IMG/VR virus record: IMGVR_UViG_3300025697_000014
Location: 1 to 64,000 of that record
Reading direction: 5' to 3' (one strand)
Length of the DNA: 64,000 nt
DNA from: a virus
This document shows, in pieces, positions 21,401 to 29,905 of the stretch (its first letter is position 1; each line of letters begins with the position of its first letter). Below the pieces are notes generated by a model. The model saw nothing but the letters and a program-made list of their open reading frames with translations, searched no databases and was not told where the DNA came from. The position numbers were made by a program, and so were the translations under genes.

Positions 21401-24400
21401 GGCGGTCTTGTCAACCATTGTGGCGATCATCTCTTGCTCGGCTTTGGTTGTATCGCTCGTGGCACTATTGAGTGCTCTACGGCTTCCGATGAGATTCTGT
21501 GTCACCTCTGCAAGCTCTGACTCTACATCAGCCATATTACGTGGCACAGCGCCCGTGGACACACCACTAGCTTTACCACGCTCTCTGTAGGTACGTGCTA
21601 CTCCCTGTGCTTCCTGGATCGCCCTGTTGCTGGTGTCACCTATGCCAACCGCAGCACCTGCCTCGTCTAGCCTAGCACTGGCATACGAGAAGTCTGTACC
21701 GCGTGTAGCCTGGGCTAGATTGCCGAACGCCTCTCTGAATTGAGTGGTGTCCATTCCAGAGGCTTTCATATCTTTCATCAGCTGATCAGCAGCATCTCTA
21801 TAGCCTCGCTCTAGACCACGAGGGCCGCTAACATCACTGGCAACTCTCTTGACAGCAGTAAGATAGCTTCCTAGACTACTAGCAGCTTGCATCTCGGCCT
21901 TGGTGCTAGGTGTACCACCAGACAGAGCTGACTGATACGCACTCTTCATTCTATCTAGGTTCTCTTGATCTCCACCAAGAATGCCTACAGATTCAAGAGC
22001 TGACTGTGATACTTGCCCTTTGACCATTCGGGTATAGCTAGTTGTCTGACCTGCTACAGTTGTTGCCTGACTAAATGGAACAGACTCACCACCCGCAAAC
22101 TGTTTCATATCGCCAAGAATTGCTTGTGCTCTTCGGTTCAGTACAGCTTGTCCAGTTGCTGATGGGTTCTGCGCAGACGGATCTGCAGCAGCAGAAGCAG
22201 TTGATCCTGTACCACCACCACCACCACTGCCAGATGCCCCCTGATCTTGTATGTACTTGAGGTACCTGTTCTGGCCCTGGTCACCTAGAGTCATTCCCAT
22301 AGACTCTGAGTAGGCGTTGACATTGCGTGCGGCTTCCATATCGTTAGCTTGTACTGCTCTAGTATGAGCAGCACGTAGAGGACGCTGTCTCCAATCGCTT
22401 TCGGCACTAGTAACATTTTCGTGTGATGCTTGAACCATCCTACCAAACGCAGCCTTCTCAGAGCCTGGATCGTTAGGGTCGTATGGATAATCAGCTAGCA
22501 CTGTCCTACGTACGTCTTCAAAGCGGTCACCCGATACTGCCTGCTGTAGTTGTGGTCCTATCATAGTAGCCTTCTCCTCTTGGCTCATGGCAGACACTAA
22601 CCTATCCACCACACTCTCTCGTTTACTCCTTTGCGCAAAGTTCGTCGCTTGAAGCAGTCCCGGGTATTCAGTGGATTCGTCCGTGGGTAATACGCCCATC
22701 GAGCGCAGTACCTCTGTATCTGTTTCTGCGCGTAAGGATGACAGCATGCCACCCTCAATCATTGTACCTGTTACCTTAGCAAATTCACCGGCACCAATAG
22801 CTTGTTTGCCCCTACCCCTGCTTAGTAGACTCCTGTATGTGCGTGCGGCACTTCCCTTCTCGACCATGCCCGTACCCCATTCATCGAGGTTCTCTGCCCA
22901 CTCAGGATCTTCCCCGGCGGCTTTAGCATAACCAGAAGCGACGACAGCTGTTAGCCATGGAGCAGTACTGATTACTTCACGCTGTGTCTTGCCTGCGCCA
23001 ATAGCTCTAACGAGTTCTGATGTCTTTGCACCAGACTCATATAGACCGGCAACCTCTTCAAAGTTCTTGTCGCCGGTGCCAATGAACATACCAGCAAAGA
23101 CACCCCCACTCATCGAGATCTCTTCACTCTGACCAAGCTCTCTCATCAAGCCTACTTCAGACGAGAGTAGATCCCTGACAAAGCCTGGTCCTTCTCCACG
23201 AGCAAAGCCACGAGTCTTGACGTTATAGCTGCTAAGATGTCTTGCTAACTCGTCAGCTGCTTTAGGCAAAGTACGAGCGTCTACAGATAGCCCATATAGA
23301 GGACCAGCTACCTGAGTAATCATATCCTCTGATATACGCATGGCACGAGCTTGCTGCGATGTACCAGCTGCCTGAGCCTCGATACCCATTGGAATAGCAC
23401 GTCTGAACGCTTGGAACAAGGGACCAATACGTCCCATACGTTCCTCAATAGCAAAGGACTCTTCTCCGAACTTAGCTAGGGATGTGGACTGTAGCATACC
23501 CGCTGCGTATTTGTATGCTTCTTCCGCACTCCTTGGAGCATTAGCGATCTTTCTCTTTGTCTTAGCAAGCTCACCAGAACGCGCAGCCATACCCGCTACC
23601 GCTCTGTTAAGCTCTGCTTGCGTCCTTGGCATTTGGGAAGCAAGGCCCGCATCAATATCCACAGGATCATCGTCCTTATCGCCCTCGTGTGCTTCAGCGA
23701 AACGAGAGGATACACTAGCTGGCACCATACTCGACTCTGCTAATGTAACTGGTCTACCAAGTGCGCTACCAAGTTGCTTGAGTGTCTGAGGACGAAGTCT
23801 TGTCTGTGAGTGTAGAGGGCTTGCCGATGGATACCTGAGAGCAAAGACATCCGGGATCATCTCGGTCTCACCCATCAACATAGCACGAGCAGCTTCGGCA
23901 GGAGTCTTGAATTCCTCACGTAGCCTGTCGCCACCAAAGTCTTCTTTACCCCAGATCTCGCTAACCAAACCGGTGAGACGGCGTTCTGGAATCCACATCT
24001 GCCCTGGTGCTAGACCTGGTAGGGCCTGTATCTTACCACCAAAGCCAGGTGCTCTACCACCCATAGCAGCTTGACGTATTCCAGCACTAGATGTTTGCTT
24101 TGCAAGCTCTGTTTCGTATGATCCAACAGCTTCCATAGCCTCCGCAAGAGACTGTGGGTCTTGTAGAAGCTCGTTCTGCGCAATCTTACCGAACATCTCT
24201 GGAATCATTCTTGAGAGGCCAGAAACCCTCTGTTCTACATCGTCGCGTCCAAACCTCCGCATTACATCACCAGGGTTGGGTACAATCAATGGCCCACTTC
24301 TGCCGTACCTGTCTGGTAGACTGAGTCTGATACCAGAGGTGCCAGTGTACTCATCGAGAATAGCCATCGTCTGAGCTTCTACACCGTAGGCATTAGCATC

Positions 24401-26128
24401 TTCTTTGAGGCCGAGCTGGTTAGCTTCTGTTGCTCTATCGGCAGCTTCTGCCTGGATAGCAGACCAGTCACCGAGTATTTCGTTCCCTGAGACAGTCTTA
24501 TAGTACGGGGCTTGCCCGTGCATAGCTGCTGACGCACCTAGTATTGATGCTGCTGTTGCCCTTGAGTCTATGCTAGCGTGTCTTATTGCGGAAACGCGGT
24601 CCTCGTCATGCATGCTAATGTCAGACATAACTTCTGGTGATACATAGCGAGAGTCAAACTGAAAGATTCCTCTTGGTTGCTCTCCGAGGTTCTCGTATAT
24701 TCCAAAGCCAGTGAACTTGACCTGCGCCCGTCGCATTCCCTCTTCTGTTATCTCTGAGCCAGGTACAATGCTTGCAAGACCCGCATCCCTCAAGGCTTGG
24801 ATATGAGGATCGGGGTTGTTCGTAGGACCAAGGTATGCCTGTTGGGTAAAGGAGTATTGTGCAATACGGCCCTGTTCGCTCAGACCTTTCCACAAGCCTC
24901 TGACCTCTTTCTGGCCAAGCTCCTTTGGAGCGTAGCCAAGAACGTCAGTGAATTGCTTGGGAGTCCATGTAGAGGTCACAGCAGCCATAGCTAGAGCTGC
25001 TTCGTTGACCTGTGTAATGTGAGCGGGTTGGATAGACCTTCCACCAAAGGTAACGTCCCAATCCTGCATTGTGGGATCTGCGACAGCTACTGTCTTCGAG
25101 CCAAGCCCCTTCATAGAGAAGGGATCTTTAGACATGCCCTCATATTCAATGACGAGGTTATTTCTATCAAAGCCGTAGTTCTGGATTCTAACTTGGTCCT
25201 GATTCTTGATACGGGTGGAGATTCCAGGCGCAATATTGAGCATACCGCTGGCGTCTAGATCAATGACATCACCGACGTTAAACTCAGGAGTGAACCCCTC
25301 GCGCTGCATCTCTGAAGGTACTGGAATGTTAGCGTACTTATTGGTTAAGATACCACCGGTTTGCATAAGGTCGATTTGTGACTGGCCCTCTGGTAACACA
25401 GAGCCGCCGATCATCATAAGCGTAGGAACGTTCTGGGTAGTCCTTATGTCTAGAGAGGCTTGCTCTAAAGGAAGATTCGCGAAGTGTCCGAATGTTTGCT
25501 CAGCGATGGCCTTCTTCTGTCTAGTTGCAGCCTTACCTAGATCTGAGCCAAAGAATATCTCGTCTCCCCTTACATCAATACCAGGAATCCTACCAAGCCG
25601 TGACGTTGGCATGATAAGAGAACCCATACGAGTTTGGGTTGATGGATCGTATTGTTCACCGTAGTTAAACTGACTACCCTCTAGGTGGCTGATGTCAGGG
25701 GGTAGCTGTCGATACATAGCACGCATCTGGCTTGTGCCGTGTGTCCAAGCCCAAGGATCAACAGAGCCTCGTTGTACCATCTCACCAGGTGCTGTATGCT
25801 GACCCTGGACCCTTACCTGAAACGGGGTACCGAATTGTTTCTGCGCAGCAGCTTGGACTTCTCCAAGAGTAGCTTGCCCGATGGTCATTGGAGAACTACC
25901 ACCACCGATCTCAGTGCTGCCAAAACGAGAAACGACCTCGCCGCCCACAGTTGTGTAGTGAGCGGTAGGGCCGTATAGATCTTCTAGATATCCACGCGCC
26001 ATACCGATGTCAACGCCGTATCTGCGTGTAGTAGCAGCAGCAAAGTTTCTAGCTTCTTCGGTTTGCCACGCTTCGTCAGGTGTTAGATCTTGTAGAGGAA
26101 TAGAGTTACGCGAACGACCAACAGCCAT
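18476..26128 (-). CDS. tape measure protein with putative N-terminal two-barrel virion RNA polymerase domain
   Basis: Tape-measure position after the tube and chaperone genes; C-terminal coiled coil with periodic W/F. N-terminal half has beta-like (MMIGGSVLPEG; MKGLGSKTV) and beta-prime-like (GIRQAAMGGRAPGFGGKI..PGL..GQMWIP; ALRYP; EGDKDDD) motifs. Confidence 0.75.
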   Translation of the reverse strand: MAVGRSRNSIPLQDLTPDEAWQTEEARNFAAATTRRYGVDIGMARGYLEDLYGPTAHYTTVGGEVVSRFGSTEIGGGSSPMTIGQATLGEVQAAAQKQFGTPFQVRVQGQHTAPGEMVQRGSVDPWAWTHGTSQMRAMYRQLPPDISHLEGSQFNYGEQYDPSTQTRMGSLIMPTSRLGRIPGIDVRGDEIFFGSDLGKAATRQKKAIAEQTFGHFANLPLEQASLDIRTTQNVPTLMMIGGSVLPEGQSQIDLMQTGGILTNKYANIPVPSEMQREGFTPEFNVGDVIDLDASGMLNIAPGISTRIKNQDQVRIQNYGFDRNNLVIEYEGMSKDPFSMKGLGSKTVAVADPTMQDWDVTFGGRSIQPAHITQVNEAALAMAAVTSTWTPKQFTDVLGYAPKELGQKEVRGLWKGLSEQGRIAQYSFTQQAYLGPTNNPDPHIQALRDAGLASIVPGSEITEEGMRRAQVKFTGFGIYENLGEQPRGIFQFDSRYVSPEVMSDISMHDEDRVSAIRHASIDSRATAASILGASAAMHGQAPYYKTVSGNEILGDWSAIQAEAADRATEANQLGLKEDANAYGVEAQTMAILDEYTGTSGIRLSLPDRYGRSGPLIVPNPGDVMRRFGRDDVEQRVSGLSRMIPEMFGKIAQNELLQDPQSLAEAMEAVGSYETELAKQTSSAGIRQAAMGGRAPGFGGKIQALPGLAPGQMWIPERRLTGLVSEIWGKEDFGGDRLREEFKTPAEAARAMLMGETEMIPDVFALRYPSASPLHSQTRLRPQTLKQLGSALGRPVTLAESSMVPASVSSRFAEAHEGDKDDDPVDIDAGLASQMPRTQAELNRAVAGMAARSGELAKTKRKIANAPRSAEEAYKYAAGMLQSTSLAKFGEESFAIEERMGRIGPLFQAFRRAIPMGIEAQAAGTSQQARAMRISEDMITQVAGPLYGLSVDARTLPKAADELARHLSSYNVKTRGFARGEGPGFVRDLLSSEVGLMRELGQSEEISMSGGVFAGMFIGTGDKNFEEVAGLYESGAKTSELVRAIGAGKTQREVISTAPWLTAVVASGYAKAAGEDPEWAENLDEWGTGMVEKGSAARTYRSLLSRGRGKQAIGAGEFAKVTGTMIEGGMLSSLRAETDTEVLRSMGVLPTDESTEYPGLLQATNFAQRSKRESVVDRLVSAMSQEEKATMIGPQLQQAVSGDRFEDVRRTVLADYPYDPNDPGSEKAAFGRMVQASHENVTSAESDWRQRPLRAAHTRAVQANDMEAARNVNAYSESMGMTLGDQGQNRYLKYIQDQGASGSGGGGGTGSTASAAADPSAQNPSATGQAVLNRRAQAILGDMKQFAGGESVPFSQATTVAGQTTSYTRMVKGQVSQSALESVGILGGDQENLDRMKSAYQSALSGGTPSTKAEMQAASSLGSYLTAVKRVASDVSGPRGLERGYRDAADQLMKDMKASGMDTTQFREAFGNLAQATRGTDFSYASARLDEAGAAVGIGDTSNRAIQEAQGVARTYRERGKASGVSTGAVPRNMADVESELAEVTQNLIGSRRALNSATSDTTKAEQEMIATMVDKTAMGDITRLSKEAFGIGGVAGLSGFVGSKDFQMSMGMMGGGGGGGGGDGAAADGDQWWLGAATGIKRLFSPFSPQGAMVKAAWRTAVGPAFKEGIPAYGQSAFRDFRMAGMAGPVDSGGVGGGGGDILAAQSQRQLNVLASGQAAQEAWGWSQGAGPSGLAQARGVFGPALGAGAATAVGLGMGALGPVLGASAGIIGASVGALGIGIGATSYGYNLAEQTSTQYYQAAKDRSTVTQRSTSGNLIERAGSLIDRAWAAGKELFRGGGAFLRGEAPNVYAGLSVGDQMAQKGEDLFTSNFSGQTMAERALGINRAAEDMMAGDETLASYGVDAVKGALGQVIQYGGDPTSSRDLLKSTDEVRNLLARGGNYSKQMDMASALNLGPQGAADLTQFYANMPTANQAMQTEFAMQQFAPLAQMGFSGENVAQLAQISGPLTGQAANDWSKFLGRDQRFLSKAVMGKATQLPMGINLAGNYALQSQDALGLQVGTSGELSNLALGQGQEFWNRTASMPGFSASSLQTGDWSGGFTTSGSSIMNEWDGESLWGLQDLSTRMNKGVASIQSRAERSEFRRQYGSILGASPTGGQIASGRWRPGQLGSIDEVGGAYQQQRQLGLRKEALGYAQTEGGMGYTGSFGFQEQGFAMQQSQFMEQRQVSGQQMALGRSWQVQQTDWARQDLGTNYARSGTGFDWREQDIERNMAQAQSSDDYSQWQLGFQGRQTQMQRGWQTEDFAFSRSQNQLQFGWQMEDFSENIRFSTGRQRKQLLRSRERATVSQNIESGRMDTAESRAEETWAMEDEAFDKRRERLEEEQGIRDDNFETQLERLEQQREWMEEDHTRNTERLDARVGQEESVYELQESSYNLSLEHFTESFDLKMAQFDEEQKAFQANKDIATETRALNEENDLARINTLKTEMEMGVTIRESSDAFNAASTMASRMQQAQQAGVFDAFMNIISGLEGAVGNVGGYPKLGSKN

Positions 26129-26418
26129 TATTTTCCTCCGCTAGAAAGCAAGTCCCTAATATCGGTAATGGCATTAAGAAAGAGCTTCTTCTCATCAATC
26201 TCCCGCTGACTACGCTCCATTTTCTCTCCGATAGCAGCAGCGGAAATGTCTCTCATAAACGAACGGGGCTGGTCTGTCCAGCCCCCTCCATTTGGTAGTC
26301 CATAAGAATCAACGTATCGTTTCCAGTAGAGGGAGTCGGGAACAGTCTCAAATTGCTGTAGTCCACCCTTGCCATCTGGTAGTGGATCACCGTGCTCCCA
26401 ACAACAGAAGGCGAACAC
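26128..26418 (-). CDS. tail assembly chaperone, second (T-like) ORF
   Basis: LPNGGGWTDQP segment; immediately upstream of the tape measure; frame is open back to 26466. Confidence 0.55.
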   Translation of the reverse strand: MFAFCCWEHGDPLPDGKGGLQQFETVPDSLYWKRYVDSYGLPNGGGWTDQPRSFMRDISAAAIGEKMERSQREIDEKKLFLNAITDIRDLLSSGGK

Positions 26419-26461
26419 ATTCTCCTCAATCTCTTTGAGCCTCCGTCTGTGTTCCTTATGG

Positions 26462-26932
26462 TCAAAACGTGGTTGCCCAGTGTGGGGCTACCTCTAGCGT
26501 CCTGATGTACCAGAAATCGATAACTGGTGTAGGAACAAGCGCGATCATCTTAGCGAAATCACCACGACTCATGTTACCGTTCTGGTCGAAGGCAATCTCG
26601 TCAAACAGGACCTCTTTGTGTTCCTTGTCCCATAGCAAACGTCCGTCGTCATCTCTGCGAGGGACGGAAATTTCCAAGTCAGTTCCACCAAAGCATAGGT
26701 AGATTTCGTGCTGGATTGTACTCAAGTACCTGTCACCGTCCTCGCGAACAGTCGCCATGTGCTCCCTACGAGCACGATCTGTGCCGAATGTTGGAGGAAC
26801 AATACGCACCCAGACATTGCTTAGCGCCGGGTATGGATTCTCCCAGTCCTTGATAGGCTCTCCAAGAGAGTCCTTTGGATGCTGGATGAGCTTCACTTCC
26901 TGCGGATAAAAGTCGCTGATCTTGACAGACAT
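26462..26932 (-). CDS. tail assembly chaperone (G-like)
   Basis: Between tail tube and tape measure; RBS GGAGG. Confidence 0.6.
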   Translation of the reverse strand: MSVKISDFYPQEVKLIQHPKDSLGEPIKDWENPYPALSNVWVRIVPPTFGTDRARREHMATVREDGDRYLSTIQHEIYLCFGGTDLEISVPRRDDDGRLLWDKEHKEVLFDEIAFDQNGNMSRGDFAKMIALVPTPVIDFWYIRTLEVAPHWATTF

Positions 26933-27006
26933 GCTGTCCTCCTATTCCCCCTAAGATAGATAAGAGAGGGGAGGAGAAGGAGGTGACCCCTCCCCCCTCT
27001 AACCCT

Positions 27007-28146
27007 TTATGCTGTATATGAAACGTATTCGGGAAGATCTGTGTACGCTGTCCCGTTGATGATCTTGATCGTTGCGTACGCTTCTGCTGTAGCCTGAACC
27101 GTAGCAACACCGCTGACACGCATGGTCAGATACCCTCCAGCAACCTGTGTGATACCACCGGGGCACTGAAGATCGCAACTAGCCAGATTGAAGACAAGCT
27201 CCTGGTACTGGGTAGTAGACGTTCCAACTAGCGTGGGGCTTCTAAGCGTCAGTTCCAATGGCGCACTTAGCACAGTCGGAGACCATGCGTACGCATTGTG
27301 ACCATGTCGATAGATAGCCCGAGCCAGCTTGGGGTCTTTCCACTTGTAGACCATATCAAACGCGATTGTCTGAGACAGTAGCACCATATCATCCATCTGA
27401 TAATCGCCAACCACAAGCTCGTTCACGATGTTGCTTCCCGAGAAGGTGTTAGTGACCATCATACGCATGGAAATCGTGGGTACTGTGAAGTCCAGACCTA
27501 CTCCATCTCCCATATCTATTCCAGCTACAGCTTGGAGGATAGGTTTAGCAGATGCAGGTGCAAGGACGATGGATGAAGTGTCCTCAAAGGCTGAGTTCAT
27601 ATCATCCGCCCAGCTGGAAGCGTCAGACGACCAGGATGAGCCGATACTGAGTAGAGCTAGCTCTAGGCCAGCTGGAGCCGCAGCTCCGATAGAGAAGACG
27701 CCAGATGCAATCTTCGCATCCGTCATAATCTCACCCTCGTTCTGAATGCCACCGGCAGAGTTGGGGATGTATCTGCGAGCGGTTAGCCAGGGGTGTGTAT
27801 AGATGTCTGTGCGCGGTGTGAAGGTCGTGGTATAGACACCCGCTGAAGTGCTGGTGGCGGCTGTTTGGACGCCACCCATCAGCATATAAATGAGATAGCC
27901 AATGTCTCCCTCAATGCGCGGATACATTGAAACTCGACCCGCGCCGACATTGTAGATCTTGTAGGACCCGCCTGGATGATAGCCACCCCCTACCTCGATA
28001 GGGAAGTTGCCCATCGCCTGTTGGTTACCAACGTTTGCAGACAACACCCTTATCCGCTTAAAATCGGAGTCGGTGTCAATTGATGTTCCCTTTGCAGGCT
28101 GAACGGCGAATGCGAGTCCAATTCCTGTTGAAACTGGTTCAGTCAT
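27007..28146 (-). CDS. major tail tube protein
   Basis: N-terminal GLAFAVQPAKGT, beta-rich tube-like pattern, synteny. Confidence 0.7.
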   Translation of the reverse strand: MTEPVSTGIGLAFAVQPAKGTSIDTDSDFKRIRVLSANVGNQQAMGNFPIEVGGGYHPGGSYKIYNVGAGRVSMYPRIEGDIGYLIYMLMGGVQTAATSTSAGVYTTTFTPRTDIYTHPWLTARRYIPNSAGGIQNEGEIMTDAKIASGVFSIGAAAPAGLELALLSIGSSWSSDASSWADDMNSAFEDTSSIVLAPASAKPILQAVAGIDMGDGVGLDFTVPTISMRMMVTNTFSGSNIVNELVVGDYQMDDMVLLSQTIAFDMVYKWKDPKLARAIYRHGHNAYAWSPTVLSAPLELTLRSPTLVGTSTTQYQELVFNLASCDLQCPGGITQVAGGYLTMRVSGVATVQATAEAYATIKIINGTAYTDLPEYVSYTA

Positions 28147-28148
28147 AG

Positions 28149-29210
28149 TTAGCTCCTAAGTACTTTCTTGTATGCATTTACCCAGTGAGTATAACCCGTA
28201 GCCATGTTATGATTATTGATGATATCAAGAAGTCCTCTGCGCTGAAGTTGTTTCCGTAAACGGTCGTCCTCAACTAGCTTCTTGATTGCGTCGTAATAGC
28301 CATCCACCGAATGTTTACAGATGAGGCCATTGCGCATGTGTCTTACTACTGGATTATACACTACACTGTCTGTTGCCACAACTGCAGCGCCACCAGTTGT
28401 GTGTCCTATCACTCGCTTTGCCGCCCACGCCTCCATTGCTTTGACCGCACTCTTACAATGATTGAAGGGATCGTCGGGATCGATAGCGCAGACCACGATA
28501 TCCGCTTCTGCTAGCGTAGTTGGATATTGATTGTAGGGCTTTGATCCAATCAGGTCTACATGGAAGCCCTGTTCCACATAGTCCGGGTGATAACCAGCAA
28601 CCAGCATACGAACATTCTGGTTCTCCAGTGTGAGCCGCTTGATTGCTTCTGCGGCAAATCGCCAATCTCCCTGGTGTGTCTTGGTACCAACAAGCAATAC
28701 ATTGATCGTATCGTTGTATTCGCGCTTGTGTCTCATAGACGCGCCAGCAAAGAATCGTACCTCTACATAGTTATTGATAACGTGTATGGGCTTGTCGCAG
28801 AACTCTAGCATACGATTCTTGAGAAACTCTGTTGTAACTGTGAGAGCGTCTACGTATGGTAGGTATGGAATACTGCTTGCACCCTCTCCGTTACTTGTGT
28901 CACGATATACGTTGGAGAGATCGTCGTCTGTCTCGTATACGATCTTTGCTCCACGAGAGTGTAGCATTTCACAGTATTTCCTTGCCATCAAGAAGTCGTC
29001 CGTTATTGGACGAGATAGGACTATGATGTCTGATGTGAGCGCGACCTCAAGAGATTCGGGTGACATATTCATGGCATTGGTCTTTGCGTCGAACCAACTA
29101 GCCCAGTGTTTAGTTTTCTGATCGATGTAGTGTAGCGGTAGTGTTATTCGATAGATGTGGATAGCCATGGGTACTTTCATAGCGCCACTTATGATACCTG
29201 TTACTCGCAT
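28149..29210 (-). CDS. glycosyltransferase (GT-B, GT4-like)
   Basis: YETDDDL, TVTTEFL, FNHCKSAVKAMEAWA, NGLI motifs; start at 29210 with RBS AGGAGG. Confidence 0.75.
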   Translation of the reverse strand: MRVTGIISGAMKVPMAIHIYRITLPLHYIDQKTKHWASWFDAKTNAMNMSPESLEVALTSDIIVLSRPITDDFLMARKYCEMLHSRGAKIVYETDDDLSNVYRDTSNGEGASSIPYLPYVDALTVTTEFLKNRMLEFCDKPIHVINNYVEVRFFAGASMRHKREYNDTINVLLVGTKTHQGDWRFAAEAIKRLTLENQNVRMLVAGYHPDYVEQGFHVDLIGSKPYNQYPTTLAEADIVVCAIDPDDPFNHCKSAVKAMEAWAAKRVIGHTTGGAAVVATDSVVYNPVVRHMRNGLICKHSVDGYYDAIKKLVEDDRLRKQLQRRGLLDIINNHNMATGYTHWVNAYKKVLRS

Positions 29211-29905
29211 CACACCTCCTTGAATGTTGCGACCTCCAGATACAACTTCGTGTCCCATATGTAGTCATCTGTTGGACCACCGCGTCTGCGGCAGTGTGTG
29301 ATAACAGGATAACATCGATACGGGCGTTCACCAAAGGAATCTACTATAGCTACACCATCACTATCTAGCATCTTCCAGGCCCAGTCTTGCGGCATAGTAG
29401 TATATGAGGTTAGCATAGACTCTAAGAACGAGAGAGCAGCGCTGCCCAATCTTTCTACCTCGTCTCCTAGTTGATTAGACTCTAGGAAGAATGTAGTCAT
29501 CTTGACCACAATCCGACGATGCATCATGTGTGAGCTACCAACCTCAAACAGGAATCCTGGGTCGTCTGCTTTCTGCGCGGAATCTAGCGACGTGTATATG
29601 CTGTGTCGCCAGTCTTCTACGTTCTCAAAGTCGTTACCGGCAACCTCGATGTATACCGAGGGTACTGCACTGTTCTTAGCTAGATTGAGCGTGTCCTCCT
29701 GGACTCGCCCCAAAGCAACAAGAGTAGGCCCAAAGATTCTCTCGGTGCCGTTCTTATCAGTGTATGTCAGTAGCTCTTCTAACTCGGTGGGACAGAAGGC
29801 AACCTGTGTCTGACTACCGTCGGTGGCATACTTATCCCCAAGCCATAAGGCCCGGATATGCGCCTTGATACTAGTAGTCAGTGCGTGAACTATTGAGCTT
29901 GTCAT
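29210..29905 (-). CDS. tail completion / neck protein
   Basis: Synteny between the adaptor and the tail tube. Confidence 0.45.
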   Translation of the reverse strand: MTSSIVHALTTSIKAHIRALWLGDKYATDGSQTQVAFCPTELEELLTYTDKNGTERIFGPTLVALGRVQEDTLNLAKNSAVPSVYIEVAGNDFENVEDWRHSIYTSLDSAQKADDPGFLFEVGSSHMMHRRIVVKMTTFFLESNQLGDEVERLGSAALSFLESMLTSYTTMPQDWAWKMLDSDGVAIVDSFGERPYRCYPVITHCRRRGGPTDDYIWDTKLYLEVATFKEV

